DNA from: a virus
Taxonomy: Duplodnaviria > Caudoviricetes
Strand: one strand, 5' to 3'
DNA length: 31,900 nt
IMG/VR virus record: IMGVR_UViG_3300025018_000389
Location: 1-31,900 of that record
Shown here piece by piece: positions 7,599 to 17,431 of this stretch. The translations under genes were made by a program, and so were the position numbers. Below the pieces are notes generated by a model. It searched no databases, was not told the DNA's origin, and saw nothing but the letters and a program-made list of their open reading frames with translations. Numbering within the stretch: position 1 is the first letter of the stretch; each line of letters begins with the position of its first letter.

Positions 7599-9085
7599 TG
7601 AAACAATCATTTTACAAACTAGCAGGTTTTGAAAAAAACGATAGACAGATCGAAGCATACAAAACGCTCTTTGACAATCAGTGTAAGTATCTACTCTATG
7701 GAGGAGCCGCGCATGGTGGCAAATCATATTTTTTGAGATGGATTGCGATTGGACTTGGAATATATTACAGCACAAAGTACAACATTAAAAATGTACCGAT
7801 TGGACTGTTTTCCGAGGATTATCCGACGCTAAAAGATAGACAGATTGCGCGCATAAAGCATGAGTTTCCGCCATGGCTTGGGAAGCTTATTGAAGACCGT
7901 GATGAAGGGTATATGTTCAAAGCACGAGATGAGTACGGAGGATTTCGTATCTTGCTCCGCAATCTTGACGATCCATCAAAATATGCATCTGCTGAGTTTG
8001 CAGCGATTCTTGTTGAAGAACTGACTAAAAACCCTGTTGAAACATTTGAGGATTTGAGATTTAGGTTGCGGTACACAGGAACACGAGACATATTGAAAAA
8101 CGGGGAAAAGATAGGAGAAGAAAAGGTGATGATCGATGATCCGAAGTTTGTCGGTGTTACAAATCCTGGACAAATTGGTCATGCATGGGTCAGAAAGTTT
8201 TGGATCGAACCTGATCCGAGAAACCCTGATCCTGAGCAGGATAGATTCTTTTTCATAAGGTCGCTCCCTGAGGACAATCCATACACAACCGGCGAATATA
8301 TGAAGCAGCTTGACTCAATGCCTGAGTCAAAGCGTAAGGCGTGGAGAGATGGATCATGGGACGTATTTGAAGGACAGGTATTTGCAGAATGGAACAGAAA
8401 TATCCATGTTGTGAAACCGTTTCAGATACCTCCTGAATGGAGGCGATATATTGCAATGGACTGGGGATCGAATAAACCTTTTGCAATCGGTTGGTACGCA
8501 CAGAATTATGATGGTCAGTCTTATTTATATAGAGAGCTTTATATGAATAAGATTGACTTTGAGGCGCGCTATCATCAACCGCTCACAGCACGAAGGCTTG
8601 CAAGGCTCGTCTTGGATACGACGAAGAAAGCGGGAGAAGATTATGAGTATATGGTCGCCGATCCATCCATGTGGAATAAGATTTTACTTGGAGAAGATAG
8701 CAAGAAGCCAGAAGGAGAGTCATACGCTGAGATCATGATAGATGAAGGACTGAGAATGGTAAGAGCAGACAATGATCGAATGAATGGTTTGAATAGATAT
8801 CAGGAAGCGCTCGCCATTAAAAACGGAGTGCCAGAATATAGGGTATTTAGTACGTGTTACGACACGATACGGACAATACCAGCTCTCGTCTACAGCAAGA
8901 CAAGAGTTGAGGACGTAGATACGGACGCTGAGGATCATACATATGATCGTGATAGATATTATTTCATGTCACGACCAATAGCGGCAGATAGACAAGATGA
9001 AAAATTATCAGTTGTTGCAAAACACTTGAATGAAATCAAAAGAAATAGAGACCAAAACGACTGGGATCAAATCGAAGTCGTTTAG
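7598..9085 (+). CDS. terL: Terminase large subunit
   Basis: Walker A GGAAHGGKS, Walker B ILVEE, TNPG coupling motif, nuclease motifs AMDWG, ADPS and EDHTYD. Confidence 0.95.
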   Translation: MKQSFYKLAGFEKNDRQIEAYKTLFDNQCKYLLYGGAAHGGKSYFLRWIAIGLGIYYSTKYNIKNVPIGLFSEDYPTLKDRQIARIKHEFPPWLGKLIEDRDEGYMFKARDEYGGFRILLRNLDDPSKYASAEFAAILVEELTKNPVETFEDLRFRLRYTGTRDILKNGEKIGEEKVMIDDPKFVGVTNPGQIGHAWVRKFWIEPDPRNPDPEQDRFFFIRSLPEDNPYTTGEYMKQLDSMPESKRKAWRDGSWDVFEGQVFAEWNRNIHVVKPFQIPPEWRRYIAMDWGSNKPFAIGWYAQNYDGQSYLYRELYMNKIDFEARYHQPLTARRLARLVLDTTKKAGEDYEYMVADPSMWNKILLGEDSKKPEGESYAEIMIDEGLRMVRADNDRMNGLNRYQEALAIKNGVPEYRVFSTCYDTIRTIPALVYSKTRVEDVDTDAEDHTYDRDRYYFMSRPIAADRQDEKLSVVAKHLNEIKRNRDQNDWDQIEVV

Positions 9086-9455
9086 TCACCAACAGTTACT
9101 CGACGCTTTGTATTACATAGACGATGTGCTCTCTCGTGGAGCCATCCCCTATTTTGTCATAAAAGAGACAGCAGAATCGATTATACGTGGAGGTGAGCTA
9201 TCAGGTGACGGGATATATCTTGGTGTGAGATACACAGATTGGATCTCAAGCGGGATGGATATCGTGAGTCTTGTTGCTGACGCAAAAGACATATCAAAGA
9301 AGCTTATTGAATATGATCATTTAGGTGTGCCGATAACAATTGAGATATTCAAAAAAAATCATTCATGTATTGAAAGCACGGATCCCCTTCCCTACGCAAT
9401 GGAATATTTCTATGTCCCTAATCCTTATCAAACATTCAAAAAACTATATTTATGA
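9030..9455 (+). CDS. Hypothetical protein, possible degenerate LicD-like nucleotidyltransferase fold
   Basis: IPYFVIKETAESIIRGGELSGDGIYLGV echoes the LicD pattern, but the catalytic DxD is incomplete. Confidence 0.4.
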   Translation: MKSKEIETKTTGIKSKSFSHQQLLDALYYIDDVLSRGAIPYFVIKETAESIIRGGELSGDGIYLGVRYTDWISSGMDIVSLVADAKDISKKLIEYDHLGVPITIEIFKKNHSCIESTDPLPYAMEYFYVPNPYQTFKKLYL

Positions 9456-9697
9456 CAGACATAATACTCGGAGTAATAATTGTAGGTTTGATCGCAGAAC
9501 GATACCTATATGCTCGTCAGGTCAACAAACAGCAAGATCATTATATGCAAGCGCTGATTGCTAAAAATACAAATGAGTTTTTATCAATGAAAGAATCAGA
9601 AAACAAAAAAGATATACCGTTCAAAGAAAGTGACGAAATACCACTCGATCAAGCAAGTGACGAGACCTTTAACAAATTTATTAAAGAAACAGCATGA
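9452..9697 (+). CDS. Small membrane-anchored protein
   Basis: N-terminal TM IILGVIIVGLIA. Coupled overlaps on both sides. Confidence 0.65.
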   Translation: MTDIILGVIIVGLIAERYLYARQVNKQQDHYMQALIAKNTNEFLSMKESENKKDIPFKESDEIPLDQASDETFNKFIKETA

Positions 9698-11781
9698 ACC
9701 TGAAAGATTTCAAATTAACAAGAGAATTGAGTTTTCTAAAATCGGATTCAATTGGTGCGACGCTTGACGAACTAATAGGGCAAGCAATCGATCAAAGACG
9801 ATCGCACGAGCGACGATGGTTTGAGAATAATTACTTTGACGATGGATATCATTTCAAAGTAATATCAAAAAAGACTGGAAAAACCATTGATCATGTAGGA
9901 GGCACGGGAAACTATGTAGAGCGTGCAATCCCTCGCGCAAGTCGTCAGATCCGAGGAGTATCCAATCTGTTATTTGCAGCAGAGCCCTACCCTGTTGTAT
10001 ATCCGGCACGTGTTACAACTGCAAACTTTATTGATCCTCAAACGGGTCAAGTTGATATGCAAGCATATATGCAAGAGGTTGAAAAATCAAAGATGATTGC
10101 GCGAAAACAAGGCACATGGCTCACGACAGAATGGGAAGATAATCAAGACCTCGACATCAAGCTCATAAACATGATGTTAAAAGCTGCACGCAATTCGATT
10201 TCATACATTCAGATATGGAGCGATACAGAAAAACAGAAAATACATACAGAAGTCTATGATGCATTTGATATCATCCTATATGGAGATAAAGAAGAGTTGA
10301 AGCACTGTCCATTCATCACAAAGACACGAAGCCGTGTCATTAAAGACATCATGGCAGATGAGGCATACAAAAACGCAAATACAGAGAGATTGCAGCCCGA
10401 CAACAGATATGCAACGTCCGAGGTGAAGCAAGCATATATGGTGTCACGATATGGATCAAAGACCAATACAGAGAAGGAAGGCACAATCATGGAGAAAGAA
10501 ACATTTTTGAAAGAGAAGCTATCCGAATCCAACTGGAAAGATGCCGTCAAAAAAGGATCTGATACTGGTGCAATGGAGGGAAAATCAAAGGGAGATGATA
10601 TTATGCGCCATGTATTTTCAGCAGGCGGTGTCACACTTCTTGATGAATACATAAACTACGATAATTACCCATTTGCAGAGTTTAGATTCGAGCCAGGGTA
10701 TTTATACCAAAAACCATTCATTGAAAATTTCATCCCACAAAACAAGTCGCTCGATGTGATAATAACTCGTCTTGAAAAATGGATTAATACAATGGTTGTT
10801 GGTGTATATCAGAAGCAAAAGAATGAAAACTACAAAGTATCAAATATTCCAGGCGGTCAGATGATTGAATACGAAAGTATTCCCCTTCGTCAGATGGAAA
10901 CTTCAACTTTGGGAAACACGCCATTCAACATGGTTGAGCTACTTGACAAATATATTGAAGAGCAGGGATCATCGACATCTGCACTCAATCAACTACCATC
11001 AGGAGTCAAATCAGGAGTAGCTATAGAGTCGCTCAAGGCAACAGAATACGCAAACTTGAAAATTGCAACAAAGATGCTCAAAAAGACAATTCGAGACGTT
11101 GCAAATCTTATGCTTGAGCGCGCGGACAAAGACTTTCTTGAGCCTGTAGAGGTTGAGTACATGAATGACGGAGAGCCTGATTACTTCGATATCATAGGTA
11201 AAAGAGGGTATCAACTCTCACAACAAGTTGGGAAAGAATTACCACAAGATGTAGTCGTTATAAATAAAAAAGCAAAGGTGCGAATTGAAATTGAGCCAGG
11301 CTTAGGTCTCACGATGCAGGGTAAGCGCGAAGCAATGCAACAGATCATTACATTCATGGCTCAGTTTGCGGAGCTTGGAAAGATCCCACAAGAAGCACTC
11401 AATATGGTCATAAAGAAATTCCTTGAAACATTTGGGTATGGAAATACTCAGGAGTTTATGGAGTTACTTGATGACGGACTCACAACTCAAGAACTTGATC
11501 AAAATGCAATAGATAAGATAAAACTTGCTGTCGCAGAAACGATGAAAGACTTGGGAGCAGTAGGCGCAGAAGCAGATCAAAAGATGGTTGAGACGACAAA
11601 GCTCGGAGTTGCCGAGGCAATGCGCGATCTTGGGATGGTAAACAAGGAAAAGCCACAAGAGAGAAATAAGGTATCAATTTCATATAAAGATTTGCCACCA
11701 GAGGGCAAGGTACAGGCAGCGGGTCAAGCAGGGATTGCAATTGATGCAGGATCAGCAGCTCAGTCAATGGGGACAGTTTGA
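9694..11781 (+). CDS. Portal protein
   Basis: 695 aa, between TerL and scaffold/capsid. SGVKSGVAI resembles P22-like portals. Confidence 0.85.
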   Translation: MNLKDFKLTRELSFLKSDSIGATLDELIGQAIDQRRSHERRWFENNYFDDGYHFKVISKKTGKTIDHVGGTGNYVERAIPRASRQIRGVSNLLFAAEPYPVVYPARVTTANFIDPQTGQVDMQAYMQEVEKSKMIARKQGTWLTTEWEDNQDLDIKLINMMLKAARNSISYIQIWSDTEKQKIHTEVYDAFDIILYGDKEELKHCPFITKTRSRVIKDIMADEAYKNANTERLQPDNRYATSEVKQAYMVSRYGSKTNTEKEGTIMEKETFLKEKLSESNWKDAVKKGSDTGAMEGKSKGDDIMRHVFSAGGVTLLDEYINYDNYPFAEFRFEPGYLYQKPFIENFIPQNKSLDVIITRLEKWINTMVVGVYQKQKNENYKVSNIPGGQMIEYESIPLRQMETSTLGNTPFNMVELLDKYIEEQGSSTSALNQLPSGVKSGVAIESLKATEYANLKIATKMLKKTIRDVANLMLERADKDFLEPVEVEYMNDGEPDYFDIIGKRGYQLSQQVGKELPQDVVVINKKAKVRIEIEPGLGLTMQGKREAMQQIITFMAQFAELGKIPQEALNMVIKKFLETFGYGNTQEFMELLDDGLTTQELDQNAIDKIKLAVAETMKDLGAVGAEADQKMVETTKLGVAEAMRDLGMVNKEKPQERNKVSISYKDLPPEGKVQAAGQAGIAIDAGSAAQSMGTV

Positions 11782-11894
11782 CAAAAATAGATAAAAAATA
11801 GATAATATAAGTAGCGGTAAAAATGACCGCCATAACAAGCGAACAATAGAAGGCTTGGAAATCCAACAAAGTTTGGGTCTCCAGGCCTTTTTTT
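11778..11894 (+). promoter_or_regulatory. Repeated late leader, copy E, before scaffold/capsid
   Basis: TTGACA-17-GATAAT; GCGGT-aaaaatg-ACCGC-CA; AGAAG; AGGCTTGGA...TCCAGGCCT stem followed by T7. Confidence 0.75.
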
Positions 11895-11956
11895 GTTGGG
11901 TATACATTATCAATTACACAGCGTGTATATAAGCACGACTGGTAACTTATACGATT

Positions 11957-12685
11957 ATGGATAACCCAGATCAAGGTACAGAAGTGGCACCGATAGAAGC
12001 CCCTTCAAATATTGTTATAAACGGTGAGGAGTATTCACCAGATGAAGCTCAACAGCTTGTCGGTCTTGGAAAAAAGACACGTGAGTATGAGCAGAAATGG
12101 AATACATCACTAGATAAGGTTTGGCCCGAATATGGTCGTATAACTCAAGAGCATAAGACTGCAACGACTGAACTTGCACAGGCGCGTGAACAGCTTGCTA
12201 AATTCTCTGAAAAGAAGGATTTAGGAACTGAGACCGCAACTGATACAACGAAGGCGCGTGAAGCAGCTCGAAAGCTCGGAATTATCTTCAATGAGGATCT
12301 TGAGCAATCAGGATATATCAAAAAGGATGATTTACCAAAGTATTTTCAGCAATTTTCAGCAGAACAAAAAGCTGTTGAAAAAATCCTTGGGGATGCTGAT
12401 AGATATGAGGGGGAGATCACAGGAGCAGATGGACGACCGCCATTCAATAAGAAGGCTGTACTTGCATACATGCAAGCGTACAGCATTGAGGATCCGATGA
12501 AAGCATATGAAGATATGTACGATCCTCAACTCAAATCATGGAAAGACCAGCAGGTAACTGCTAAGAAAAACCCATCTTTGAGGACTATTGATAAGCCAGA
12601 AGGTAAGAAAGAGCCAAAACCTGTCAGAGTCACCGATGATAACGTAATGGATTTACTATCAGAGCGATTAGGCTCGAAAAATTAA
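11957..12685 (+). CDS. Capsid scaffolding protein
   Basis: Acidic, helical 242-aa protein between portal and major capsid. Confidence 0.7.
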   Translation: MDNPDQGTEVAPIEAPSNIVINGEEYSPDEAQQLVGLGKKTREYEQKWNTSLDKVWPEYGRITQEHKTATTELAQAREQLAKFSEKKDLGTETATDTTKAREAARKLGIIFNEDLEQSGYIKKDDLPKYFQQFSAEQKAVEKILGDADRYEGEITGADGRPPFNKKAVLAYMQAYSIEDPMKAYEDMYDPQLKSWKDQQVTAKKNPSLRTIDKPEGKKEPKPVRVTDDNVMDLLSERLGSKN

Positions 12686-12702
12686 TAATTAAATAAATTT
12701 AC

Positions 12703-13968
12703 ATGGCAACGACATCCTTTTCTTTGTCAGATTTTGATGCAGCTTTGAAAGAAGTGGTACAGCCCTATATTCAGGACAACGTACCGAAGCAAGCAAAACT
12801 GATGCAAGTTATTAAAACCAATGACGGTGTGGAATATATGAACGATGAGTTCATTGTACCTATCCGATCAAACCGACACACTGGTGTAGCAAACTTGGGC
12901 GGAGCAAACAACAAGCTTCGAACTGGTTCGTCTACAACAACTCGTGGTACGGTCTCTCCTAAATACCTCACTGCAACATTTGATATTAACGATGTTCTTA
13001 AAAAAGCATCTGAGAATCGAAAGGGCGCAGTTGAAAGTGCAATGTCATTTCAGATGAAAGCAATCAAAAATGATTTCGTGAAATCTGTTAATCGACAATA
13101 TGCATCTGATGGTATCGGAATTGTTGCGCAAGTTGCAGGCTCAGTCGGAGCTGGAACTTTAACCGTGCAATATCCTGATGCAAATCTTGATGATGCACGA
13201 TCTGAAAACTGGTACGGAACCATCAATGGAGATATTAAACCAACAAAGTATTTGTCGGTCGGAACTCCAGGTATGGCAATCGGAATCGGTACAGGTGTAG
13301 CTGATGTTGGAACAATTACTTCAATTGCATACAATCGTGGAAACGCGACTGGAACAATTGTCGTGACTGGTTCACCGGCAATCGTTGCAAATGATTCTGT
13401 TTACATTGTCGACGGCGACGAAGCAGGATCAAACAACGAAATTCAAGGATACGCAGCAGCTCTTGCAAGTGGAACGGGAACATATGCAGGACTCGCACGA
13501 ACACTTGATGTCTGGGCTCCACAAACAATGGGAACAGCAGCTAATGCAGCTCTTGCCATTGCAGATATGGACTCAGTCTACATGGATGCTATCGAATACG
13601 CCGAAGAGGGCGATCGTTATGCATGGTTCATGAACAAGAGTCTTTACACCAAATACGGCAATCTTTTGTCAGCGATGCGTCGCACGGTCAATAAGATGGA
13701 ACTCGTATCTGGTTGGTCAGGTATTGAGTACGAAGCTGGTCAAGGATCAGTCGGAGTATATCTTGACTATGAAGTGCGAGACGGAGAAGCAGTGCTTCTT
13801 AATCTTGACACATGGACTGTCGCGCAAGTTGCAGACATGAGCTTCATTGAAGACGGTATGCCACGAAGAAGTGACTATATCACCTTCCAAAAGGTGTTCA
13901 CATGGTACACCAATCTCTTCTGTAAAGCACCAGCTGCTAATGGAAGATTATTCAGAAGGACAAAATAA
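12703..13968 (+). CDS. Major capsid protein
   Basis: 421 aa, positioned after the scaffold. N-terminal DAALKE and a G/T-rich central insertion. Confidence 0.85.
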   Translation: MATTSFSLSDFDAALKEVVQPYIQDNVPKQAKLMQVIKTNDGVEYMNDEFIVPIRSNRHTGVANLGGANNKLRTGSSTTTRGTVSPKYLTATFDINDVLKKASENRKGAVESAMSFQMKAIKNDFVKSVNRQYASDGIGIVAQVAGSVGAGTLTVQYPDANLDDARSENWYGTINGDIKPTKYLSVGTPGMAIGIGTGVADVGTITSIAYNRGNATGTIVVTGSPAIVANDSVYIVDGDEAGSNNEIQGYAAALASGTGTYAGLARTLDVWAPQTMGTAANAALAIADMDSVYMDAIEYAEEGDRYAWFMNKSLYTKYGNLLSAMRRTVNKMELVSGWSGIEYEAGQGSVGVYLDYEVRDGEAVLLNLDTWTVAQVADMSFIEDGMPRRSDYITFQKVFTWYTNLFCKAPAANGRLFRRTK

Positions 13969-13971
13969 CCT

Positions 13972-14325
13972 ATGCAAACCAGTGAACTAGACCCAAAGGA
14001 TTATAAATACATCGTCGCAAAACCTGATTCGTCATTTAGCGTTGATCGCAATAATGCGATTATAGCTGAGACTATAAAGGAAGCCGATATATTTCATAGT
14101 ACGTCAGGACTAGCCATTGAGGAGGCACTTGGAGAACGCATTGAGGCGGTATCAGCATATGCCTGCTACCGTCTCAATCGCGGTTACAAGAATATAAAGG
14201 ATTATCTCGGAGATAGACTTTATAAAGAAATGATAGGTGAAAAGATTTTGTCAAAAATCCGTGTCGCAGACACGGTCAATAGGCTGAATGGCAATCAAAA
14301 GCTACGCAGACCTATATTGTTATAA
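13972..14325 (+). CDS. Hypothetical protein
   Basis: ORF within the head module. Confidence 0.65.
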   Translation: MQTSELDPKDYKYIVAKPDSSFSVDRNNAIIAETIKEADIFHSTSGLAIEEALGERIEAVSAYACYRLNRGYKNIKDYLGDRLYKEMIGEKILSKIRVADTVNRLNGNQKLRRPILL

Positions 14326-14342
14326 ACATTCAATAATTACAT

Positions 14343-15005
14343 ATGTCAGGACTTAAAACACATGAACCTGCATTGCAAGCTGGATACCAAGTATCCCCTG
14401 ATGAGATGGACATGTATCGACAATACGTCATACTTAATCCGTCAGTCTCCGCTTCCTTCTTTGGAACAGTTGAGACAGCATCAGCAGCAGCAATTGTAGC
14501 AGTAAACACTCGGACGACATACCCTCGTAATCTTCTTCTCTCTGTGACAGGTGTTGCAGGTGGAATGGGAGGAACGGCGGTTGTCAACGGGAAAGATCAA
14601 TTCGGTGCACCAGTATCTGAAACGCTCGGATTTGGTAGTGCAGCGGGTGGTGGAACAGCAGCAGGTACGAAAGTATTTGCAACATTTACAAGCGGTACAT
14701 TCACGCCAGTTGGCGTAGGTGGAACAGCAGTCGGAACCGTAGCACTTGGTTTCCAAATTGGAACATCATCAACGGGCCCATTATTCGGACTTCCCGACAA
14801 ACTCGGTGGAACTTCGGATGTGAAGGCTGTTGCATGGATTGATGCAGACACAGAAAAGCAGCATAATGCAGCTTCTCATGTTGATCTTGCAAACAATGCA
14901 ATCAGAATTGAAGTTGCTGGCGGAATTGCAGCAGCTGATAGTTTTGTTGTATGGTACAAGCCATCAAAAGACTTGTCATCTCAAGGATTGCAAGCAAAAA
15001 TCTAA
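14343..15005 (+). CDS. Putative capsid decoration/virion surface protein
   Basis: G/A/T-rich beta-like sequence with 9 Gly-Thr dipeptides, in the capsid unit. Confidence 0.6.
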   Translation: MSGLKTHEPALQAGYQVSPDEMDMYRQYVILNPSVSASFFGTVETASAAAIVAVNTRTTYPRNLLLSVTGVAGGMGGTAVVNGKDQFGAPVSETLGFGSAAGGGTAAGTKVFATFTSGTFTPVGVGGTAVGTVALGFQIGTSSTGPLFGLPDKLGGTSDVKAVAWIDADTEKQHNAASHVDLANNAIRIEVAGGIAAADSFVVWYKPSKDLSSQGLQAKI

Positions 15006-15028
15006 AAAATAAAGTTATTTTTAGTGAG

Positions 15029-15057
15029 AAATACCCGTAGCAATGCGGGTATTTTTT
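15029..15057 (+). terminator. Intrinsic terminator ending the capsid unit
   Basis: AAATACCCGTA-GCAA-TGCGGGTATTT followed by a T-run. A TATAAT follows at 15061. Confidence 0.85.
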
Positions 15058-15094
15058 GTGTATAATACCCATGCAGAACAAACCTATGAAATAA

Positions 15095-15748
15095 GTGTCA
15101 AAACTACAAGCATTTTATTTTCAAGATTTCAAAAACTCATTCCTTCCTCACATACTTAAAGAGGTATATCTCGATAGAATTTACGATCAGTATACTCACG
15201 GCAAGAAAGACCTCACAATCGTTGATTTGGGAAGTAATATAGGGATCACGAACTTCTACTTCAAAGACTACGCAAAAAGACTCATTGCGGTTGAACCTTC
15301 AAAAGATCACATAGAGACATTAAAGGCAATGCACGCACAAAACGATATGAATAATGTCGAGATATATCCGTATGCAATATCTTCAAAAAATGGCACTGAG
15401 ACGTTTTATCATAATTCAAATACCACAATGTTTTCTCTTCGCGGAGAGGTGAATAATCAAGGGATTTCTGAGAAAGTTGAGACAAAGACACTTTACCAGC
15501 TCATGGATGACTTGAAGATCAAGCATATCGATATACTCAAGATGGATATCGAAGGCTCTGAGTATGATCTTATCGTATCTGACGGCTTTGCAAAGGTGAA
15601 GGATAAAATCGATCTCATTTTGGGTGAGTTTCATACATGGAGTGGTGTCAATCCACAGCAATTTGCAACGTGTTTTATGGACTATGGTTATGAGTTCAAA
15701 TGGATGAATGCCACGGCGGCGAGTACATTTGTAGCGAAAAGGAAATGA
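15095..15748 (+). CDS. FkbM-family SAM-dependent methyltransferase
   Basis: VDLGSNIG, IAVEP and IDILKMDIEGSE motifs. Confidence 0.92.
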   Translation: MSKLQAFYFQDFKNSFLPHILKEVYLDRIYDQYTHGKKDLTIVDLGSNIGITNFYFKDYAKRLIAVEPSKDHIETLKAMHAQNDMNNVEIYPYAISSKNGTETFYHNSNTTMFSLRGEVNNQGISEKVETKTLYQLMDDLKIKHIDILKMDIEGSEYDLIVSDGFAKVKDKIDLILGEFHTWSGVNPQQFATCFMDYGYEFKWMNATAASTFVAKRK

Positions 15749-15864
15749 ATAGAGAGGATTATATAATAATTGGCGTAATGGTCGGATTTGTCGCATATAT
15801 TACAGTACAAATAGCCATTGGATTTACTTATTTTATTAAATTTCTCGTATATTCAACACTATGA
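15745..15864 (+). CDS. 39-aa hydrophobic peptide
   Basis: Not in the track. MNREDYIIIGVMVGFVAYITVQIAIGFTYFIKFLVYSTL, with ATGA overlaps at both ends. Confidence 0.5.
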   Translation: MNREDYIIIGVMVGFVAYITVQIAIGFTYFIKFLVYSTL

Positions 15865-16058
15865 AAAAAGAAATACTTAAAGTAATTTCACCTGAAGGAT
15901 ACGAGATAGTATACATAAGTGAATATTTTTTTAATGTTTTAGAAAAGGAATTAAAGAGAATATCTAGGCATGGTGGGGAATATGATGGTTCAATAATGAC
16001 ATGTCTAAGAGATGAGCTTGCAATGATTGAATTTAGAAGTTTATATCGTAAAATATGA
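15861..16058 (+). CDS. Hypothetical protein
   Basis: Translationally coupled 65-aa ORF. Confidence 0.55.
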   Translation: MKKEILKVISPEGYEIVYISEYFFNVLEKELKRISRHGGEYDGSIMTCLRDELAMIEFRSLYRKI

Positions 16059-16867
16059 AAAAACCAGTAATCGCCGTAACAATTGCAGATGAGAAGAATA
16101 TGAAGTATGCGAAGATGCTTGAAAACTCACTTCGTAAATTTCATACAGAAAAGGAATTACCACTCAAAATCATATCAGGTGAAGATTTGAAAGCAGAGCT
16201 TGCAAATGATCCTCACTTCTTTTATCGAGCAACGCCTGTCATTGGCGAGAAGCTACTGAAAGAATACGATCTTGTACTAAAGTTAGACGCAGATCAGATA
16301 GTGACGGGGGACCTCAACTATATACTAAATACAAAAGATTATGACGTGGGAACCGTCCTCAATTGGAATAGAATCGATCCTCAAACGTATGGACTTGTTC
16401 AGGGATGGGGTATATCCCCTGTTGAGTACTTTAATTGTGGACTTGTAGCAATGAGAAGTGAGAAGTTTGTACATCACTGGGCGGTAATATGCTTTACTCC
16501 GCAATTTGAAAGCGAAAGCTTGCAGTATAAAGAGCAGGATTTGCTCAATATATTGTGCTATTACGGGAATTATAATGTGAGATGTTTTGATCATGGAGAT
16601 GGGATAGCAAACTACTATTCATGGCATGGACTTATAAGCAAAGGTGAATGGCTTCGTGCTGAGATGAAAGGTGATAAGATAGTCGTCCCCCCAGACACAT
16701 CAAGCAAAAGCGCATTTGCAAGAGAGTGGCAAATAAGAGTCATACATTGGGCTGCAGGGAGTGGGTCAGCGGATAAAATGAACTATAAGACTAAGTTTAG
16801 TGAAGACGTAATAAAGAGACTGGATTACTTAGTTGGTGATAAAAATGAAAAAAATACCACTAAGTAA
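16055..16867 (+). CDS. GT-A fold glycosyltransferase (GT8-like)
   Basis: LKLDAD (DxD), YFNCGLV, EQDLLN and IHWAAG. Confidence 0.85.
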   Translation: MKKPVIAVTIADEKNMKYAKMLENSLRKFHTEKELPLKIISGEDLKAELANDPHFFYRATPVIGEKLLKEYDLVLKLDADQIVTGDLNYILNTKDYDVGTVLNWNRIDPQTYGLVQGWGISPVEYFNCGLVAMRSEKFVHHWAVICFTPQFESESLQYKEQDLLNILCYYGNYNVRCFDHGDGIANYYSWHGLISKGEWLRAEMKGDKIVVPPDTSSKSAFAREWQIRVIHWAAGSGSADKMNYKTKFSEDVIKRLDYLVGDKNEKNTTK

Positions 16868-17345
16868 GGGTAAATTTGCAATAGTCGACGACGATGATTT
16901 TGAATATTTAAGTAAATTCAAATGGTATTATGTTTTTAAGAAACGCTCAAGAAACGGATATGCTGTAAGGGATTTTTCTAGAAATATAGAAATTATAAAA
17001 GAGTTTGGAGTAAGCCATGTTACAATGCATAGATTCATTATAAAACCGTCGAGAAATAAACTGGTCGATCATGTTAATGGAGATGGTTTAGATAATAGAA
17101 AATCTAATCTTAGAGAATGTACGCATACTCAAAATAATGGTAATTTTCTATTAGGTAGTAGGAATAGAAGCGGATATAAAGGTGTATCTTGGCATAAAAC
17201 TACAAAAAAATGGAGAGCAAGTTTAATGACGAAAGAAAAACAAATATATTTAGGTTTATTTATAAATCCTAAAGATGCTGCTGCAGCATATAATCGAGAA
17301 GCGATAAAGTATTTTGGCGACTTTGCTAGAATAAATCAACTATAA
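16845..17345 (+). CDS. HNH endonuclease with C-terminal AP2 domain
   Basis: VDHVNGDGLDNRKSNLR; SGYKGVSW...KWRA...YLGLF...AAAAYN. Start at MKKIPL. Confidence 0.92.
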   Translation: MKKIPLSKGKFAIVDDDDFEYLSKFKWYYVFKKRSRNGYAVRDFSRNIEIIKEFGVSHVTMHRFIIKPSRNKLVDHVNGDGLDNRKSNLRECTHTQNNGNFLLGSRNRSGYKGVSWHKTTKKWRASLMTKEKQIYLGLFINPKDAAAAYNREAIKYFGDFARINQL

Positions 17346-17353
17346 AATTCATA

Positions 17354-17431
17354 GTCAGACTACAGGGCTGACCACGTTTGCCGAATTACAGAAGGGCATA
17401 CATATATAAATTCAATTATATTTGTATGTCT
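17354..17431 (+). promoter_or_regulatory. Repeated late leader, copy F; second hairpin buries the GT4 start codon
   Basis: GTCAG-actacaggg-CTGAC-CA; AGAAG; GGCATACA...TGTATGTC stem containing ATG 17426. No T-run. Only TAAAAT (17343) upstream, without a clear -35. Confidence 0.65.
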
